Shown here in pieces: positions 36,979-47,784 of a stretch of DNA of 64,000 nucleotides. Position 1 is the stretch's first letter. Every line of letters begins with the position of its first letter. The notes beneath the pieces were generated by a model. That model was not told where the DNA came from. It saw only the letters and a list, made by a program, of their open reading frames with translations, and ran no database searches. Position numbers and translations under genes: made by a program. The stretch is from positions 64,001 to 128,000 of the forward strand of contig JBEKKK010000002.1 of NCBI GenBank assembly GCA_050010755.1, read 5' to 3'. The stretch comes from Candidatus Bathyarchaeia archaeon (lineage in GTDB: Archaea; Thermoproteota; Bathyarchaeia; Bathyarchaeales; Bathycorpusculaceae).

Positions 36979-39555
36979 TCATGCCCTTTTAGGTTCTTTT
37001 AGGACGGTTTGTTCCAGTAAGTAGGCATATTTCTTAGTGAACCATTTCTTGACAACTTCAACGAGAAGCAGATAGGCGACGATTAGCCCTGCTAGGGCTG
37101 GATAGAACGTCACAGGCGGCGGCGAGAACTTAAATATGGCGCCGAAGGGCCAGTAGGGCAAGACAAAGGCGACTCCCACAACTATTAAGCTGCTCGCCAA
37201 CAGCCATTTTCCAGGCTTGCTCTTGTAGAAGGGTGTTTTTCTGGTTCTCAGAACAAAAACTACCAGAGTTTGCGTTGACAAGGATTCGATGAACCAGGCT
37301 GCTTGGAAAGATGGAACTGCCGCTTTGAACACTACCAACATCAGGAAAAAGGTTAGGAAATCGAAGATAGAGCTTACCGGTCCGAGTATAAGCATGAACC
37401 TTCTAATGTAGGAGATGTCCAGTTTCTTCGGCTTCTGAATGTACTCTTCGTCCACATTGTCCGTCGGAATCGTGGCTTCTGACAAGTCGTACATGAGGTT
37501 GTTCAAGAGTATCTGAATGGCCGTCATTGGAAGGAAATTAAGGAACAGGGAAGCTCCCGCGACGCTGAACATCGTGCCGAAGTTCGAGCTGACCCCCATC
37601 ATGATATACTTCATCGTGTTCCCGAACGTTTTCCGGCCCTCCAACACGCCCTGATCAAGCACAGTCAAATCAGGCTTTAACAATATCAGATCTGCAGATT
37701 CCTTAGCAACGTCCACCGCGTTCTCCACGGAAATGCTAACGTCCGCCGTCTTCAATGAGGGCGCGTCGTTTATGCCGTCGCCCATGTACCCGACCACGTG
37801 CCCGTTCGTCCTCAAGGCTCTGATAACCCTGTCTTTCTGAGCCGGGTTCACCCTGGCAAAAATGTTGTTGTCCTCAACGACTCTGGCCAGAGCGTCGTCT
37901 TGGAGTTGAGCTATGTCGCTTCCGAGAACTATCCCTTTCACCTGAAAGCCCAGCTGCTCGCAGGTTGTTCTCGTCACCAATTCGTTGTCGCCCGTGATGA
38001 TTTTGAGCGTCACCCCGTCTCGAGCCAACAATCCGATAGATTCCTTTGCACTCTCTTTAGCAGGATCCAGAAAAGACAGGAAGCCCAGAAAAACCATGCC
38101 AGTTTCGTCGCTGATGGTATAGTGCGTTTTGTCGTCTCCGACTTTCTTGTACGAGACAGCCAAAACCCTGTAACCCTGCGCGCTCGAGTCCATATATTTC
38201 TGCTTGAACTTGTTCTGATAATCGCTTGAAAAATCGTTCAACGTCTCATCGGTTTCGCACTGGGAGCATATCTCAAGGATTTCTTCCGGGGCGCCTTTGG
38301 CAATCACGAGTCTCTGCCCCTCATACTCCACGACCACTGAGACGCGTTTTCGGATGAAGTCAAACGGGATCTCGTCGATTTTCACGATGCCCTTCACGTC
38401 GAACTCTTTATACTGCACAATGGCGTCATCCAAGGGACTCTTCAGTCCAGCTTCAAAAACACTGTTAAAGTACGCGTATAGCAACACTTTTTCGCTTTCT
38501 TTTCCCTCCACATCCGCGAACTGCGTAAGCGTGAGCTTGTTCTCTGTAAGCGTGCCCGTCTTATCCGTGCACAGAACATCCATGTTTCCGAAGTTCTGAA
38601 TGGCCGCCAACCGCTTCACGATTACGCCCTTTTTGGACATGGCCACAGCGCCTCTAGACAGGTTGATGGACATTATCATGGGCAGAAGCTCCGGCGTCAA
38701 GCCCACGGCAAGGGCCACGGCGAAAAGCAGCGAATCAAGAATAGGCCGCGAGCCCGAATAGAAATAGGCGTTAACGAAGAAAACGAAAACCACAAGGAAC
38801 AAAGTGACCTCGGTCATCAAAGCCCCAAACCTCCTGAGCCCCTTCTCAAACTCAGTCTCAGGCGCCTTTGCCACAAGCTCCTTCGCGATTTTCCCGTACT
38901 CCGTCAAGTTGCCAGTCTTCACCACGACCGCGGTTCCGGTTCCGCTAACCACCGACGTGCCTTGAAAAACATAGTTGTTCCACGCCGTAAGATCAGAAGT
39001 TTTAACCGCAAGCGGAGCGGCATTCTTTTCAACCGGAAAAGCCTCACCCGTCAACGCCGACTGGTTAAGGTTCAAGTCCTTCGAGCTGATCAGCCTGGAA
39101 TCCGCAGGAACCATGTCCCCTGCGATCAGAAACGTAATATCACCTGGAACGATTTCTGAAAACTCCACATCCTCCTTCACGCCGTCTCTGAGCACCGCCG
39201 CCTTCGAAGTAACCCTCTTCTTCAGCGCTTCTGCGGCGTTCTGAGCCTTAGTTTCCTGATAAACGTCAAGAATAATGCTGAGAAGCACGATAAAAAAAAT
39301 GATAATCGCGTCCGTTACTTCGCCGACAAATCCAGAGACTAGCCCTGCAATCAACAGGATAAGAACAAGCGGGTTTCTCAAATGGTAAAGAATCTCAACA
39401 AGCCCAGTGCGCTTCTGCTTCTTAGCCAACTCGTTAGGACCATAACTTGCGAGGCGGTTCTGAACCTCCTGCGACGAAAGCCCCGACTGAGACGTCTTCA
39501 ACTGGACCAAAACGTCATCAACGGGCAAAGACAGAAAATCCTCATTATCAGCCAT
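36979..39555 (-). CDS. mgtA: Mg2+-translocating P-type ATPase
   Basis: TGEA, AVGLTPELLP, DKTGTLT, GDGINDAP, SSNFG, QILLNNLMYD. Confidence 0.92.
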   Translation of the reverse strand: MADNEDFLSLPVDDVLVQLKTSQSGLSSQEVQNRLASYGPNELAKKQKRTGLVEILYHLRNPLVLILLIAGLVSGFVGEVTDAIIIFFIVLLSIILDVYQETKAQNAAEALKKRVTSKAAVLRDGVKEDVEFSEIVPGDITFLIAGDMVPADSRLISSKDLNLNQSALTGEAFPVEKNAAPLAVKTSDLTAWNNYVFQGTSVVSGTGTAVVVKTGNLTEYGKIAKELVAKAPETEFEKGLRRFGALMTEVTLFLVVFVFFVNAYFYSGSRPILDSLLFAVALAVGLTPELLPMIMSINLSRGAVAMSKKGVIVKRLAAIQNFGNMDVLCTDKTGTLTENKLTLTQFADVEGKESEKVLLYAYFNSVFEAGLKSPLDDAIVQYKEFDVKGIVKIDEIPFDFIRKRVSVVVEYEGQRLVIAKGAPEEILEICSQCETDETLNDFSSDYQNKFKQKYMDSSAQGYRVLAVSYKKVGDDKTHYTISDETGMVFLGFLSFLDPAKESAKESIGLLARDGVTLKIITGDNELVTRTTCEQLGFQVKGIVLGSDIAQLQDDALARVVEDNNIFARVNPAQKDRVIRALRTNGHVVGYMGDGINDAPSLKTADVSISVENAVDVAKESADLILLKPDLTVLDQGVLEGRKTFGNTMKYIMMGVSSNFGTMFSVAGASLFLNFLPMTAIQILLNNLMYDLSEATIPTDNVDEEYIQKPKKLDISYIRRFMLILGPVSSIFDFLTFFLMLVVFKAAVPSFQAAWFIESLSTQTLVVFVLRTRKTPFYKSKPGKWLLASSLIVVGVAFVLPYWPFGAIFKFSPPPVTFYPALAGLIVAYLLLVEVVKKWFTKKYAYLLEQTVLKEPKRA

Positions 39556-39752
39556 CGAGTCGCCGACCCTAACCCGCGTCAAACTGATGAGCACAGCCTA
39601 AGCTTATTAAATTTTAAACAAAGCCCGATTGGCGCGGGTGGCCGCCCATTTGAAAATCCTGATCACCATTGCTAGCGCGCTCGCGCGCCGTCTCAATGAT
39701 TCTAAGGCTCGAAGAATACGTATGAATAGTAGAAGCTCGTACAATTAACGCC

Positions 39753-40445
39753 ATGTCAACCCGCACAAGAAACGATGACAGTTGTTACAATAGCATCCTC
39801 AAACAGCTGAGGTCGATGTCCAACCCTGAAAACGTCAAAGGAATGGCAAGATACGGCATAAGCTCCGAGAACACCCTCGGTGTGTCGATTCCAGCGCTCA
39901 GGAAGATAGCCAAGGAAAGTGGAAAGAATCACGAACTCGCCCAGCAACTATGGAAGTCAGGCATCCACGAAGCGAGACTTCTGGCAGCATTCACAGACGA
40001 ACCCTCAAAAGTCAAAGAAGAACAGATGGACTCATGGGTCAAAGAATTCGACTCATGGGACATCTGCGACCAAGTCTGCTCCAACCTGTTCGACAAGACG
40101 CCCTACGCCTACGCAAAAGCCTCCGAATGGAGCTCCGAAAAAGGCGAGTTCGTCAAAAGAGCAGGCTTCGTGCTGATGGCCGCCCTTGTCGTCCACGACA
40201 AACAGGCGACCGATGAAAAACTGGAAAAATTCCTCCCCACAATAAAGCGAGAAGCAACAGACGAGAGGAACTTTGTGAGGAAGGCCGTCAACTGGGCCCT
40301 CAGACAAATAGGAAAAAAGAACACATACCTGCAGAAAGAAGCCCTGAAAACAGCCAGAGAAATACTCCAGCTTGACTCAAAAAGTGCCCGATGGATAGCA
40401 AACGACGCCATCAGAGAACTAGAAAGCAAACAACTCAAAAAATAG
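39753..40445 (+). CDS. DNA alkylation repair protein (AlkD family)
   Basis: FDSWDICDQVC, DERNFVRKAVNWALRQIGKK. Confidence 0.88.
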   Translation: MSTRTRNDDSCYNSILKQLRSMSNPENVKGMARYGISSENTLGVSIPALRKIAKESGKNHELAQQLWKSGIHEARLLAAFTDEPSKVKEEQMDSWVKEFDSWDICDQVCSNLFDKTPYAYAKASEWSSEKGEFVKRAGFVLMAALVVHDKQATDEKLEKFLPTIKREATDERNFVRKAVNWALRQIGKKNTYLQKEALKTAREILQLDSKSARWIANDAIRELESKQLKK

Positions 40446-40501
40446 CCTCGAACTCCAAAGGCACCAAAGCTCAGGCGACGCCGGCATCATGAACTAGTAG
40501 A

Positions 40502-41104
40502 TCATGCTGCTTCTGCCATTTTCAGAAAGTATTGGTGCACTCGGAGGTCGTCGGCCAATTCTGGATGAAAAGTCAAAGCCAACACGTTTCCCTTCTTTGC
40601 CCCGATAATGGTGTCCTTGTATTCGGCCCAGACCTTAGTGGTGTTCCAGACTTTTTCTATCGTTGGCGCCCTTATGAACACGGCTTTGAACGGTTTGCCT
40701 CCAATCTCAGGAATCTCCACGTAAGCCTCGAAGGAGTCCACTTGCCTGCCGTAAGCGTTCCTCAGAATTTTCGTGTCCAGCAGGCCCAACAGGCTTGTGT
40801 TCGTCTGTTTGACCTGTTCGTCCCCTTCCTTGGCCAACAAGATCGTGCCCGCGCACGTTCCCAGGATTGGCAGTCCTTTCCTCGCAAGTTCAACGATTTT
40901 CTTTTCCATTCCCGTGCTCAGCATGAGTCTGCCAATAGTTGTCGATTCGCCGCCAGGTATCACGAGGCCCGAAACATCGTTGAGATCTCGCAAGCTTCTC
41001 GCATACGCAACGGTGCCGTCGATTTTCGATTTTTTCATCGCTTTTCTTAGAACTTCAACGTGTTCAGAAACAGCGCCCTGTACGGCTAAGACTCCAACCT
41101 TCAA
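40502..41104 (-). CDS. pdxT: pyridoxal 5'-phosphate synthase glutaminase subunit
   Basis: [41 protein letters not shown]. Confidence 0.96.
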   Translation of the reverse strand: MKVGVLAVQGAVSEHVEVLRKAMKKSKIDGTVAYARSLRDLNDVSGLVIPGGESTTIGRLMLSTGMEKKIVELARKGLPILGTCAGTILLAKEGDEQVKQTNTSLLGLLDTKILRNAYGRQVDSFEAYVEIPEIGGKPFKAVFIRAPTIEKVWNTTKVWAEYKDTIIGAKKGNVLALTFHPELADDLRVHQYFLKMAEAA

Positions 41105-42039
41105 TTGGTTCCCCGTATTTGCATTTTCTGTTTTTCATCCATTTTCGAAGTGTCGATGCCTTCCATCGGCTCGCCTAAACCTTCAGAAGCCTTTGCCAAA
41201 ATTTTCGGATCATCATAATGCATCGTGGCTTCAACAATCGCCTTAGCATACCCCTTCGGGTTCTTAGACTTGAACACTCCCGAACCGACGAATATGCCGT
41301 CCGCACCGAGCTGCATCATGAGAGCAGCGTCGGAAGGAGTTGAAATACCACCCGCAGCGAAATTGACGACGGGCAATCTGCCTAAATCCCTCGTTTCCGC
41401 AACCAGCTCCAGCGGCACACGATACTCCTCCGCCTTTTCCTTCAATCGCAATTTCGACAAATCTTTCAGTGCAGCTATCTCACGATTAACGAGTTTCATG
41501 TGTCTCACAGCCTCAACGACGTTTCCAGTTCCAGGCTCACCCTTAGTCCTTATCATCGCCGCCCCCTCGTTAATCCTTCTCAGGGCTTCGCCCAAGTTTC
41601 TTGCTCCACAGACGAACGGAATCGTAAACTTTCGCTTGTCAATATGATCTTCCTCATCTGCAGGAGTCAACACTTCACTCTCGTCAGCCATATCCACGCC
41701 CAAGGCTTCGAGCACCTGTGCTTCCGCAAAATGCCCAATCCTGCACTTAGCCATGACAGGAATCGTGACCGCACCTATTATCTCCTTAATCTTCTGCGGG
41801 TCCGCCATCCTTGCCACTCCACCCTTGGCCCTTATGTCCGCGGGAACCGCCTCCAAAGCCATAACGGAAACAGCCCCAGCGGTCTCAGCAGTCTTAGCCT
41901 GCTCTCCGTTCACGACGTCCATTATCACACCGCCCTTGCACATCTTGGCAAACCCTCTCTTCAACCTATCAGTGCCCTTCTCTTCAACAATCTCCTTAGT
42001 AACTCTCACACCATCACCACAAACAGCCGTAACGAACAC
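41101..42039 (-). CDS. pdxS: pyridoxal 5'-phosphate synthase lyase subunit
   Basis: [33 protein letters not shown]; exact start uncertain. Confidence 0.96.
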   Translation of the reverse strand: MFVTAVCGDGVRVTKEIVEEKGTDRLKRGFAKMCKGGVIMDVVNGEQAKTAETAGAVSVMALEAVPADIRAKGGVARMADPQKIKEIIGAVTIPVMAKCRIGHFAEAQVLEALGVDMADESEVLTPADEEDHIDKRKFTIPFVCGARNLGEALRRINEGAAMIRTKGEPGTGNVVEAVRHMKLVNREIAALKDLSKLRLKEKAEEYRVPLELVAETRDLGRLPVVNFAAGGISTPSDAALMMQLGADGIFVGSGVFKSKNPKGYAKAIVEATMHYDDPKILAKASEGLGEPMEGIDTSKMDEKQKMQIRGTN

Positions 42040-42259
42040 AACGATCAGACAGATTTAAGTTTTCTCTTACCACGCTCCAACACGCTACCTTGTCCCAATA
42101 TCATTTGAAGTACGGTAGAGACGGTGCATTGACATGCGCATGGCTGTTTGGCGCGGGCAGGCGCGCATTTGTCTTGAATGTAGTTACAGTTATATCGGTT
42201 ACACGGACTAATGTAAATCGGTGGTTTTCGTTGGCATTTTCGAAGCAGCTCTCTGGCTA

Positions 42260-42670
42260 GATACTGATTGATTCTTCTGCCAAACGATGTGGGAGCTAAT
42301 CACTGATTTTGAGGATTTTCCCAGTTGGAACCCGTTCATTCGCCGGGCTTCGGGAGAAGTCAGGACTGAAGCAAGACTAGAAGTGTTCATTCAACCTTCT
42401 GGAACCAAAGGCATGACATTCCATCCCAGAGTGCTGAAAGTTGACCCAAACCACGAACTGCGCTGGTTGGGACGTCTCTATCTACCCTAGCTGTTCGATG
42501 GCGAACACGCTCTTATAATTGAACCTTCAGGCGAAAATTCTGTCAAGTTCATCCAGCGCGAGAAGTTCATCGGCCTGCTGGTCCCCTTCACTCGCACCCT
42601 GCTACGTGACACTCAGCGAGGACTCGAAGAAATGAACACGGCATTGAAACAACAAGCAGAACAACGATAA
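42260..42670 (+). pseudogene. SRPBCC domain pseudogene
   Basis: WELITDF..PSWNPFI..ELRWLG, in-frame TAG 42488-42490, then LFDGEH..QREKF..MNTALKQ to TAA 42670; 5' end eroded or frameshifted. Confidence 0.8.
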
Positions 42671-42771
42671 AACGAAAACATGTCCGACAATCCGCCTAGA
42701 GGCTCAACCCACAACTGACAAAACAGCTCTAATGCCTAAGAAACTGTGGAATTCCAAGGACTCTCGGAATG

Positions 42772-44136
42772 CTAAAAAGGTGATGTCGGAGCCGGGGGAT
42801 TCCCGCTCTGGCTATTCGTGTTCGATCTGGAGGATTTCCTTCGCCCTCTGAGCAATAGAACGGCTACCAATATGATTGCTACAGCCACGACGACTATTAT
42901 TGCGATTGTCTCGAGCTCCGGAATTCCGCCGGAAGAAGACTGGGAAATCACCGTGTTTCCAGAAGAATCTGTCTTTACCAGCCAGCCATCGTAAATGCCT
43001 ATGCCGAATGAACTAGTGAAACCAGCCATTGCGAATCCTCCGTCACTCGTCACTATCAGAGAATTGGCTTCGTCATCTCCTGACCCACCGTAAGTATTGT
43101 CCCACTGCATATTTCCCGAAGAGTCGGTTTTAACGAGCCAGAAATCAAAGTCTCCAGCTCCATAAGAGTCCGTGGAGCCTGCGATTGCGTATCCTCCATC
43201 ACTTGTTTGAACCACTGCCGAGCCAAATTCGTCTCCTGAACCCCCGTATGTGTGGGTCCACAACACGGTTCCGTTCACATCGGTCTTGACCAGCCAGAAA
43301 TCGTAGCCGCCGGCACCCGTAGAGTTTGTGAATCCTGCCAATGCGTATCCGCCGTCGTTGGTTTGTATCAGAGAGTATGCTTCGTCATCGCCTGAGCCTC
43401 CGTAAGTCTGGCTCCACTTAAGGTTGCCTGAAGAGTCCGTCTTGACCAGCCAGAAATCGTCCATGCCCGCCCCGAAAGAGGCTGTGTACCCTGCCAATGC
43501 GTATCCGCCGTCGTTGGTTTGTATCAGAGAGTATGCTTCGTCGTCTCCTGTTCCTCCGTACGTCTGATTCCACAGCATGGTCCCGTTTGCGTCGGTTTTG
43601 ATCAGCCAGAAATCAAAGCTGCCCGCCCCGTAGGAATCCGTGTACCCTGCCAGCGCGTATCCTCCGTCGCTGGTCTGAATCACGGCGGTGACTTCGTTCG
43701 TTGCCCTTCCTCCGTACGTCTGATTCCAGACCATATTTCCATCAGCATCAGTCTTGACTAACCAAGCACTGGTCTCGCCAGGGCCGAAAGAATCGGTAGA
43801 ACCTGCCAGCGCGTATCCTCTGTCGCTCGTCTGGATTACTGAAAATGCAGTATCATCTCCTGTTCCTCCGTACGTCTGATTCCACAGCATGGTCCCGTTT
43901 GCGTCGGTTTTGACCAGCCAGAAATCGTAGCCGCCTGCACCTGAGGAGTTTGTGAAGCCGCCCAGTGCATATCCTCCGTCGCTAGTTTGAACAACCGAAT
44001 AGAATTCATTGTCTCCTGATAGTCCGTATGCCTGAGTGAACTCCAACGTGGATGCCGCTGCAGACCGAATACTAAACGTTAATGCGAGAAGACTGAGAAA
44101 AACGATGCCTAGAATGAACCGTGTTTTATTCTTCAT
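42772..44136 (-). CDS. surface-anchored beta-propeller repeat protein
   Basis: Signal peptide, seven 52-aa repeats (QTSDGGYALAG...DFWLVKTD..G...W.QTYGG), C-terminal TM helix. Confidence 0.88.
   Translation of the reverse strand: MKNKTRFILGIVFLSLLALTFSIRSAAASTLEFTQAYGLSGDNEFYSVVQTSDGGYALGGFTNSSGAGGYDFWLVKTDANGTMLWNQTYGGTGDDTAFSVIQTSDRGYALAGSTDSFGPGETSAWLVKTDADGNMVWNQTYGGRATNEVTAVIQTSDGGYALAGYTDSYGAGSFDFWLIKTDANGTMLWNQTYGGTGDDEAYSLIQTNDGGYALAGYTASFGAGMDDFWLVKTDSSGNLKWSQTYGGSGDDEAYSLIQTNDGGYALAGFTNSTGAGGYDFWLVKTDVNGTVLWTHTYGGSGDEFGSAVVQTSDGGYAIAGSTDSYGAGDFDFWLVKTDSSGNMQWDNTYGGSGDDEANSLIVTSDGGFAMAGFTSSFGIGIYDGWLVKTDSSGNTVISQSSSGGIPELETIAIIVVVAVAIILVAVLLLRGRRKSSRSNTNSQSGNPPAPTSPF
43334..43913. 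repeat. 156-bp-period intragenic repeats with identical DNA blocks
   Basis: 43334-43386 = 43490-43542 and 43544-43601 = 43856-43913. Confidence 0.85.
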
Positions 44137-44419
44137 AAGCAGTCCCGAACAATTGAATTAAAGTTGGCCTAATTCACAGACTGCCTATAAAGATTTCGGA
44201 CGAGTTTACGAAGTCAAACGTAGATGAGCGGCACTGATATTTTCAAATTGCGGACAGCGAACTTTAATCTGGGAACGGTCTTGTTTGCGCGTTCAGTCAG
44301 TTGAGGTGAATTGTAGAAATTGTTAAAAATCTTTAAGAGTTGCCCTGTGGTCTCGCACGGTGGAAGGTTGCAGTTTGAGCGGTAACCGGGTTGATTTGAA
44401 AAAGGAGTGTTTGGGTTAG

Positions 44420-47400
44420 TTGTCTAAGTCTAGTTTCGATCCGTTGAACGCTTTCATAAGGAAATGGCACCGCTGGATTATCGTCGCATGGATCATCGTG
44501 GTCATCGCATGTTTGATTGTGGTTCCACTATTCTTTTCATCAGTTTCTTATAATGTAACTGGCGGTTTTGGCGGGCCCTCGAACAGCGAGTCGCAAAAGG
44601 CGGCTAACATTTTGAATGCAGCGTTTCCCAACTCCAACAATGAGAGCATCGACACTGTCCTCGTGGTTCTTCAAGGCCCACAGGTTTACTCCGATACCGT
44701 GAGAGCCGCAGTTCTCGGCTTGAACCAAACCATCGCGATCGACACTAGCGTCGCGAATTTCAGCGGGGAATCGAGTGTCTATTCGGTTGAGTACGGCCTG
44801 CTGTCTTCATCGGTGCCCAGCTTGGTCCCGCAGGTCGCGAGTCTCGAGCCTGAACTTGCATATGCAAATGCCGAGTTACACTCGTTGGAGCAGAACTTGT
44901 CAGCTCTGAGCACGGGCCTGTTTCAATTGGAAGCTGGAATAAACCAGACTGCACAGCTTGTGTACGGTGTTCCCGCGGCTTTTGTTCAGGCCTGGCAGGG
45001 AGTGATATCTCAAGGAGTTTCAGACCCATACGCTGCCAATGCTGAAGCCAACGCCACGGTGTTCAACATAACGGACAGTTTTGGAGGCAGTGCCACCTCA
45101 CTCGGATATTACACTGTGTTCTTTCCTATTTGGAATTCCACTTTTCAAAGTTTACCGAGCTCGACATCAGTGCTCGACCGCGAAGCCTTCGCGATAAATC
45201 AATCCGTTTCGATGTTTCTTAACAGTGATCAGGTCGATTCACAGACGGCACAAATGATAACCACAGTTGCTTCAGGCTTGAACGTCACGGATTGGAATCA
45301 GGCCGGTGCCGTCGGCAACCTGACAGTTTCAGCTATGTCTTCAAACGTACCTGCACAGTTGACAGCTGCTCTGGGCGTCACGCCCACAGGCCTCGTAGGC
45401 CAATTGTACAGTTTGGGCTCTTCGCCCCCTGAAGCTACACTTGCGAATTACACGATTACGCTGTCCGAAAGCAGTTTTGCCCAGATGCTGAATGCCAGCA
45501 GTGGCTCTTCTGCCTATCAGTTTTTGTATGCTGCTTACAACTTGGGTCAATCGCCAAGTTTTTCTCAGGTGTGGGACAACGCTTCGGCGTTTGTGGCGGA
45601 CGGTGCCCAGGCAGTCTTCTCGGGATCACCGCTTTTTTCCGTGAACAACACTTCTCTTGCCAACCTGCTTTCTCTTCTACCGGAGAACGCAACTGTAGCG
45701 GAAGTGAACGAAGCGGTTGCCAATGTTGTGTCAACTCAGCCGTTTCAAGATTACCCCTTCGTGCCGACAAATTCACTTACGAAGAATTTTGTCAGTGCGG
45801 ACAACAGTTCCATGCTTGTTATTCTTGGTTTTTCCTCGTATCCTGACGCAGGAACGATTGCGCACGTGGAGCTGGATGTGCAGGGTTCTAACTTAGGAAA
45901 TTTGGGGACCGTTTACGTGACGGGTGGTTCGGTCGTTACGCATGACGTTGAGGATGCGTTTTCGCCTGCTTTGGCGCTGACTGTTGGCCCCGGCATCGTG
46001 GTTGCAATATTGATTGTTGGCTTGTTGTTCTTGTCACCAGTTGCTGCTTTGCTTCCGGTTCTGATGGGCGGTGTTTCGGTGGAGGTGTCGCTTGCCGCCA
46101 TCTACGTCGCGATTGTGGGTCTCGGCCACGGCAATATCACGTTTTTGACTCCGACCCTTACGATTCTGTTGATGCTGGGCTTGTCCGTGGACTATGCTGT
46201 TTTGCAGCTACGGAGGACTCGGGAAGAGAGATTGCTAGGCAAGTCGGTTGAAGACAGCGTCGGCATTTCCGTGAGATGGGCCGGACAGGCTGTTCTCACC
46301 GCCGGAGTCACAGTCATCGTGGCTTACATCGTTATGGCCCTGGCAAACGTTCCCATTTTCAGCAGCGTCGCAACTTCCATCGCATTAGGTGTTGGGATTC
46401 TGTTGGCCGTATCACTCACCCTCCTTCCTTCGCTCGAAATTGCTTTGGGCGACAAGGCTTTCTGGCCCGTATTGAAACGCTCTGAGAGTCACGGCGACAC
46501 CAAGAAAAGGCTGAGGGGGTTAGCGACTGGTGTTTTAAAGAGGAAAGCGCTGGTCGTTGCTGTCATCAGCTTGTTGGCTTTGAGCGCTTTCTACGTGGAG
46601 TACAGCACTCCCACCGGCTTGGACTTTTTGAAGTTGATTCCCAATTTTAAGAGCAATCAGGGCTTGACCGTTGTCACGAACAGTTTTGGCAGCGGGACCA
46701 TATCTCCTACGCAAGTGGTTGTGACGACTCCCACGATGATTACATACGGAAACAACCAGTTTAACCAGACTCTACTCGATCAGATTGAAACGATTTGTCT
46801 TGCCGTTGCCGGCACCAAAGGGGTCGTGAGCGTTTCGAGTCCGACGAGGCCCTTCGGTTCTCTCTTCAACTACACTGGCATCGACAGCATGGCTGAGCCG
46901 CTGATACTCCAGTACGAGGAGGGCATGTTCTCGATGATCGGCAATGATAACAAGACTGCCTTGATTAACGTGGGCCTTTCGAGCTCTTCTGAGAGTCCCG
47001 ATGCCGTATCGTCGTTGCTGCAGTTGGAGAATAACGTCGGCAAGGTTTCACTGCTTAGCGGTGTGACAATTCATTACGGCGGAAGTACCCAGTCAATCTA
47101 TGACAGTGAGTCTTTCATCGCGGGTTTGCTTCCCGAGGTCGTTGCGATTCTTGCTGCTGCCGTGTACGTGATACTGTTTATCCAGTTGAGATCAGCCTTT
47201 ACTCCTGTCAGGCTGATTTTCACGATTTTGTGCGGATGTGTCTTGTCCCTGGCTCTGCTTTCAGTCGTCTTCTACAGTTGGCTGGGCTTGCCAATCCTCG
47301 ACTTTGCGCCACTTTTCGTAGTGGTAACCATGCTGGGCGTAGGAATCGACTATGACATTTTCTTCGTTACCAGGATTCGCGAAGAAGCTCTGAACGGTAA

Positions 47401-47650
47401 ATCAGATAACGAGGCGATAAAAACGGCAGTCGAGAAGGTCTGGATAACGATTCTCGGCCTAGGAATTGTGCTGGCAACCGTGTTCGCGTCTCTACTTATC
47501 ACCGGAATCGCGATTCTTCAAGAAATCAGCCTCACAGTCACAGCTGCCATTCTCCTAGACGTACTTGTCGTAATTCCCTTCTTCGTCCCCTCGCTCATGG
47601 GACTCGCACAAAAGTTTAACTGGTGGCCCAGCAAAATACACAGAACCTAA
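44420..47650 (+). CDS. MMPL/RND family transporter
   Basis: GLSVDYA..RRTREE and GVGIDYDIFFVTRIREE motifs, two TM bundles, large extracellular loops, NWWPS end. Confidence 0.9.
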   Translation: MSKSSFDPLNAFIRKWHRWIIVAWIIVVIACLIVVPLFFSSVSYNVTGGFGGPSNSESQKAANILNAAFPNSNNESIDTVLVVLQGPQVYSDTVRAAVLGLNQTIAIDTSVANFSGESSVYSVEYGLLSSSVPSLVPQVASLEPELAYANAELHSLEQNLSALSTGLFQLEAGINQTAQLVYGVPAAFVQAWQGVISQGVSDPYAANAEANATVFNITDSFGGSATSLGYYTVFFPIWNSTFQSLPSSTSVLDREAFAINQSVSMFLNSDQVDSQTAQMITTVASGLNVTDWNQAGAVGNLTVSAMSSNVPAQLTAALGVTPTGLVGQLYSLGSSPPEATLANYTITLSESSFAQMLNASSGSSAYQFLYAAYNLGQSPSFSQVWDNASAFVADGAQAVFSGSPLFSVNNTSLANLLSLLPENATVAEVNEAVANVVSTQPFQDYPFVPTNSLTKNFVSADNSSMLVILGFSSYPDAGTIAHVELDVQGSNLGNLGTVYVTGGSVVTHDVEDAFSPALALTVGPGIVVAILIVGLLFLSPVAALLPVLMGGVSVEVSLAAIYVAIVGLGHGNITFLTPTLTILLMLGLSVDYAVLQLRRTREERLLGKSVEDSVGISVRWAGQAVLTAGVTVIVAYIVMALANVPIFSSVATSIALGVGILLAVSLTLLPSLEIALGDKAFWPVLKRSESHGDTKKRLRGLATGVLKRKALVVAVISLLALSAFYVEYSTPTGLDFLKLIPNFKSNQGLTVVTNSFGSGTISPTQVVVTTPTMITYGNNQFNQTLLDQIETICLAVAGTKGVVSVSSPTRPFGSLFNYTGIDSMAEPLILQYEEGMFSMIGNDNKTALINVGLSSSSESPDAVSSLLQLENNVGKVSLLSGVTIHYGGSTQSIYDSESFIAGLLPEVVAILAAAVYVILFIQLRSAFTPVRLIFTILCGCVLSLALLSVVFYSWLGLPILDFAPLFVVVTMLGVGIDYDIFFVTRIREEALNGKSDNEAIKTAVEKVWITILGLGIVLATVFASLLITGIAILQEISLTVTAAILLDVLVVIPFFVPSLMGLAQKFNWWPSKIHRT

Positions 47651-47784
47651 CAGGCTGAAAGCAACACACGACAGAATTCTAATTAAAGAGCACTTTTGAA
47701 AACGCGCACCCTAAGCCTTTCGCAAATCTCGTCTTGTTCGACTACAGGACGTCTACGAGTACAAAATTCTGATTACCTATGCGC

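Noticed and set aside
11700-40000. Classical integron cassette array
   Set aside because: No integron integrase and no RYYYAAC...GTTRRRY attC hairpins recognised; genes face both directions
42089-42102. Additional IS end (CCTTGTCCCAATA)
   Set aside because: Only a 9-bp core match with no adjacent AGCGCGC flank or partner end
42488-42490. In-frame TAG as pyrrolysine readthrough
   Set aside because: The position corresponds to a usual Gly (PGLFDGEH), the 5' end of the gene is also broken, and no pyl genes are in the window; a pseudogene is simpler
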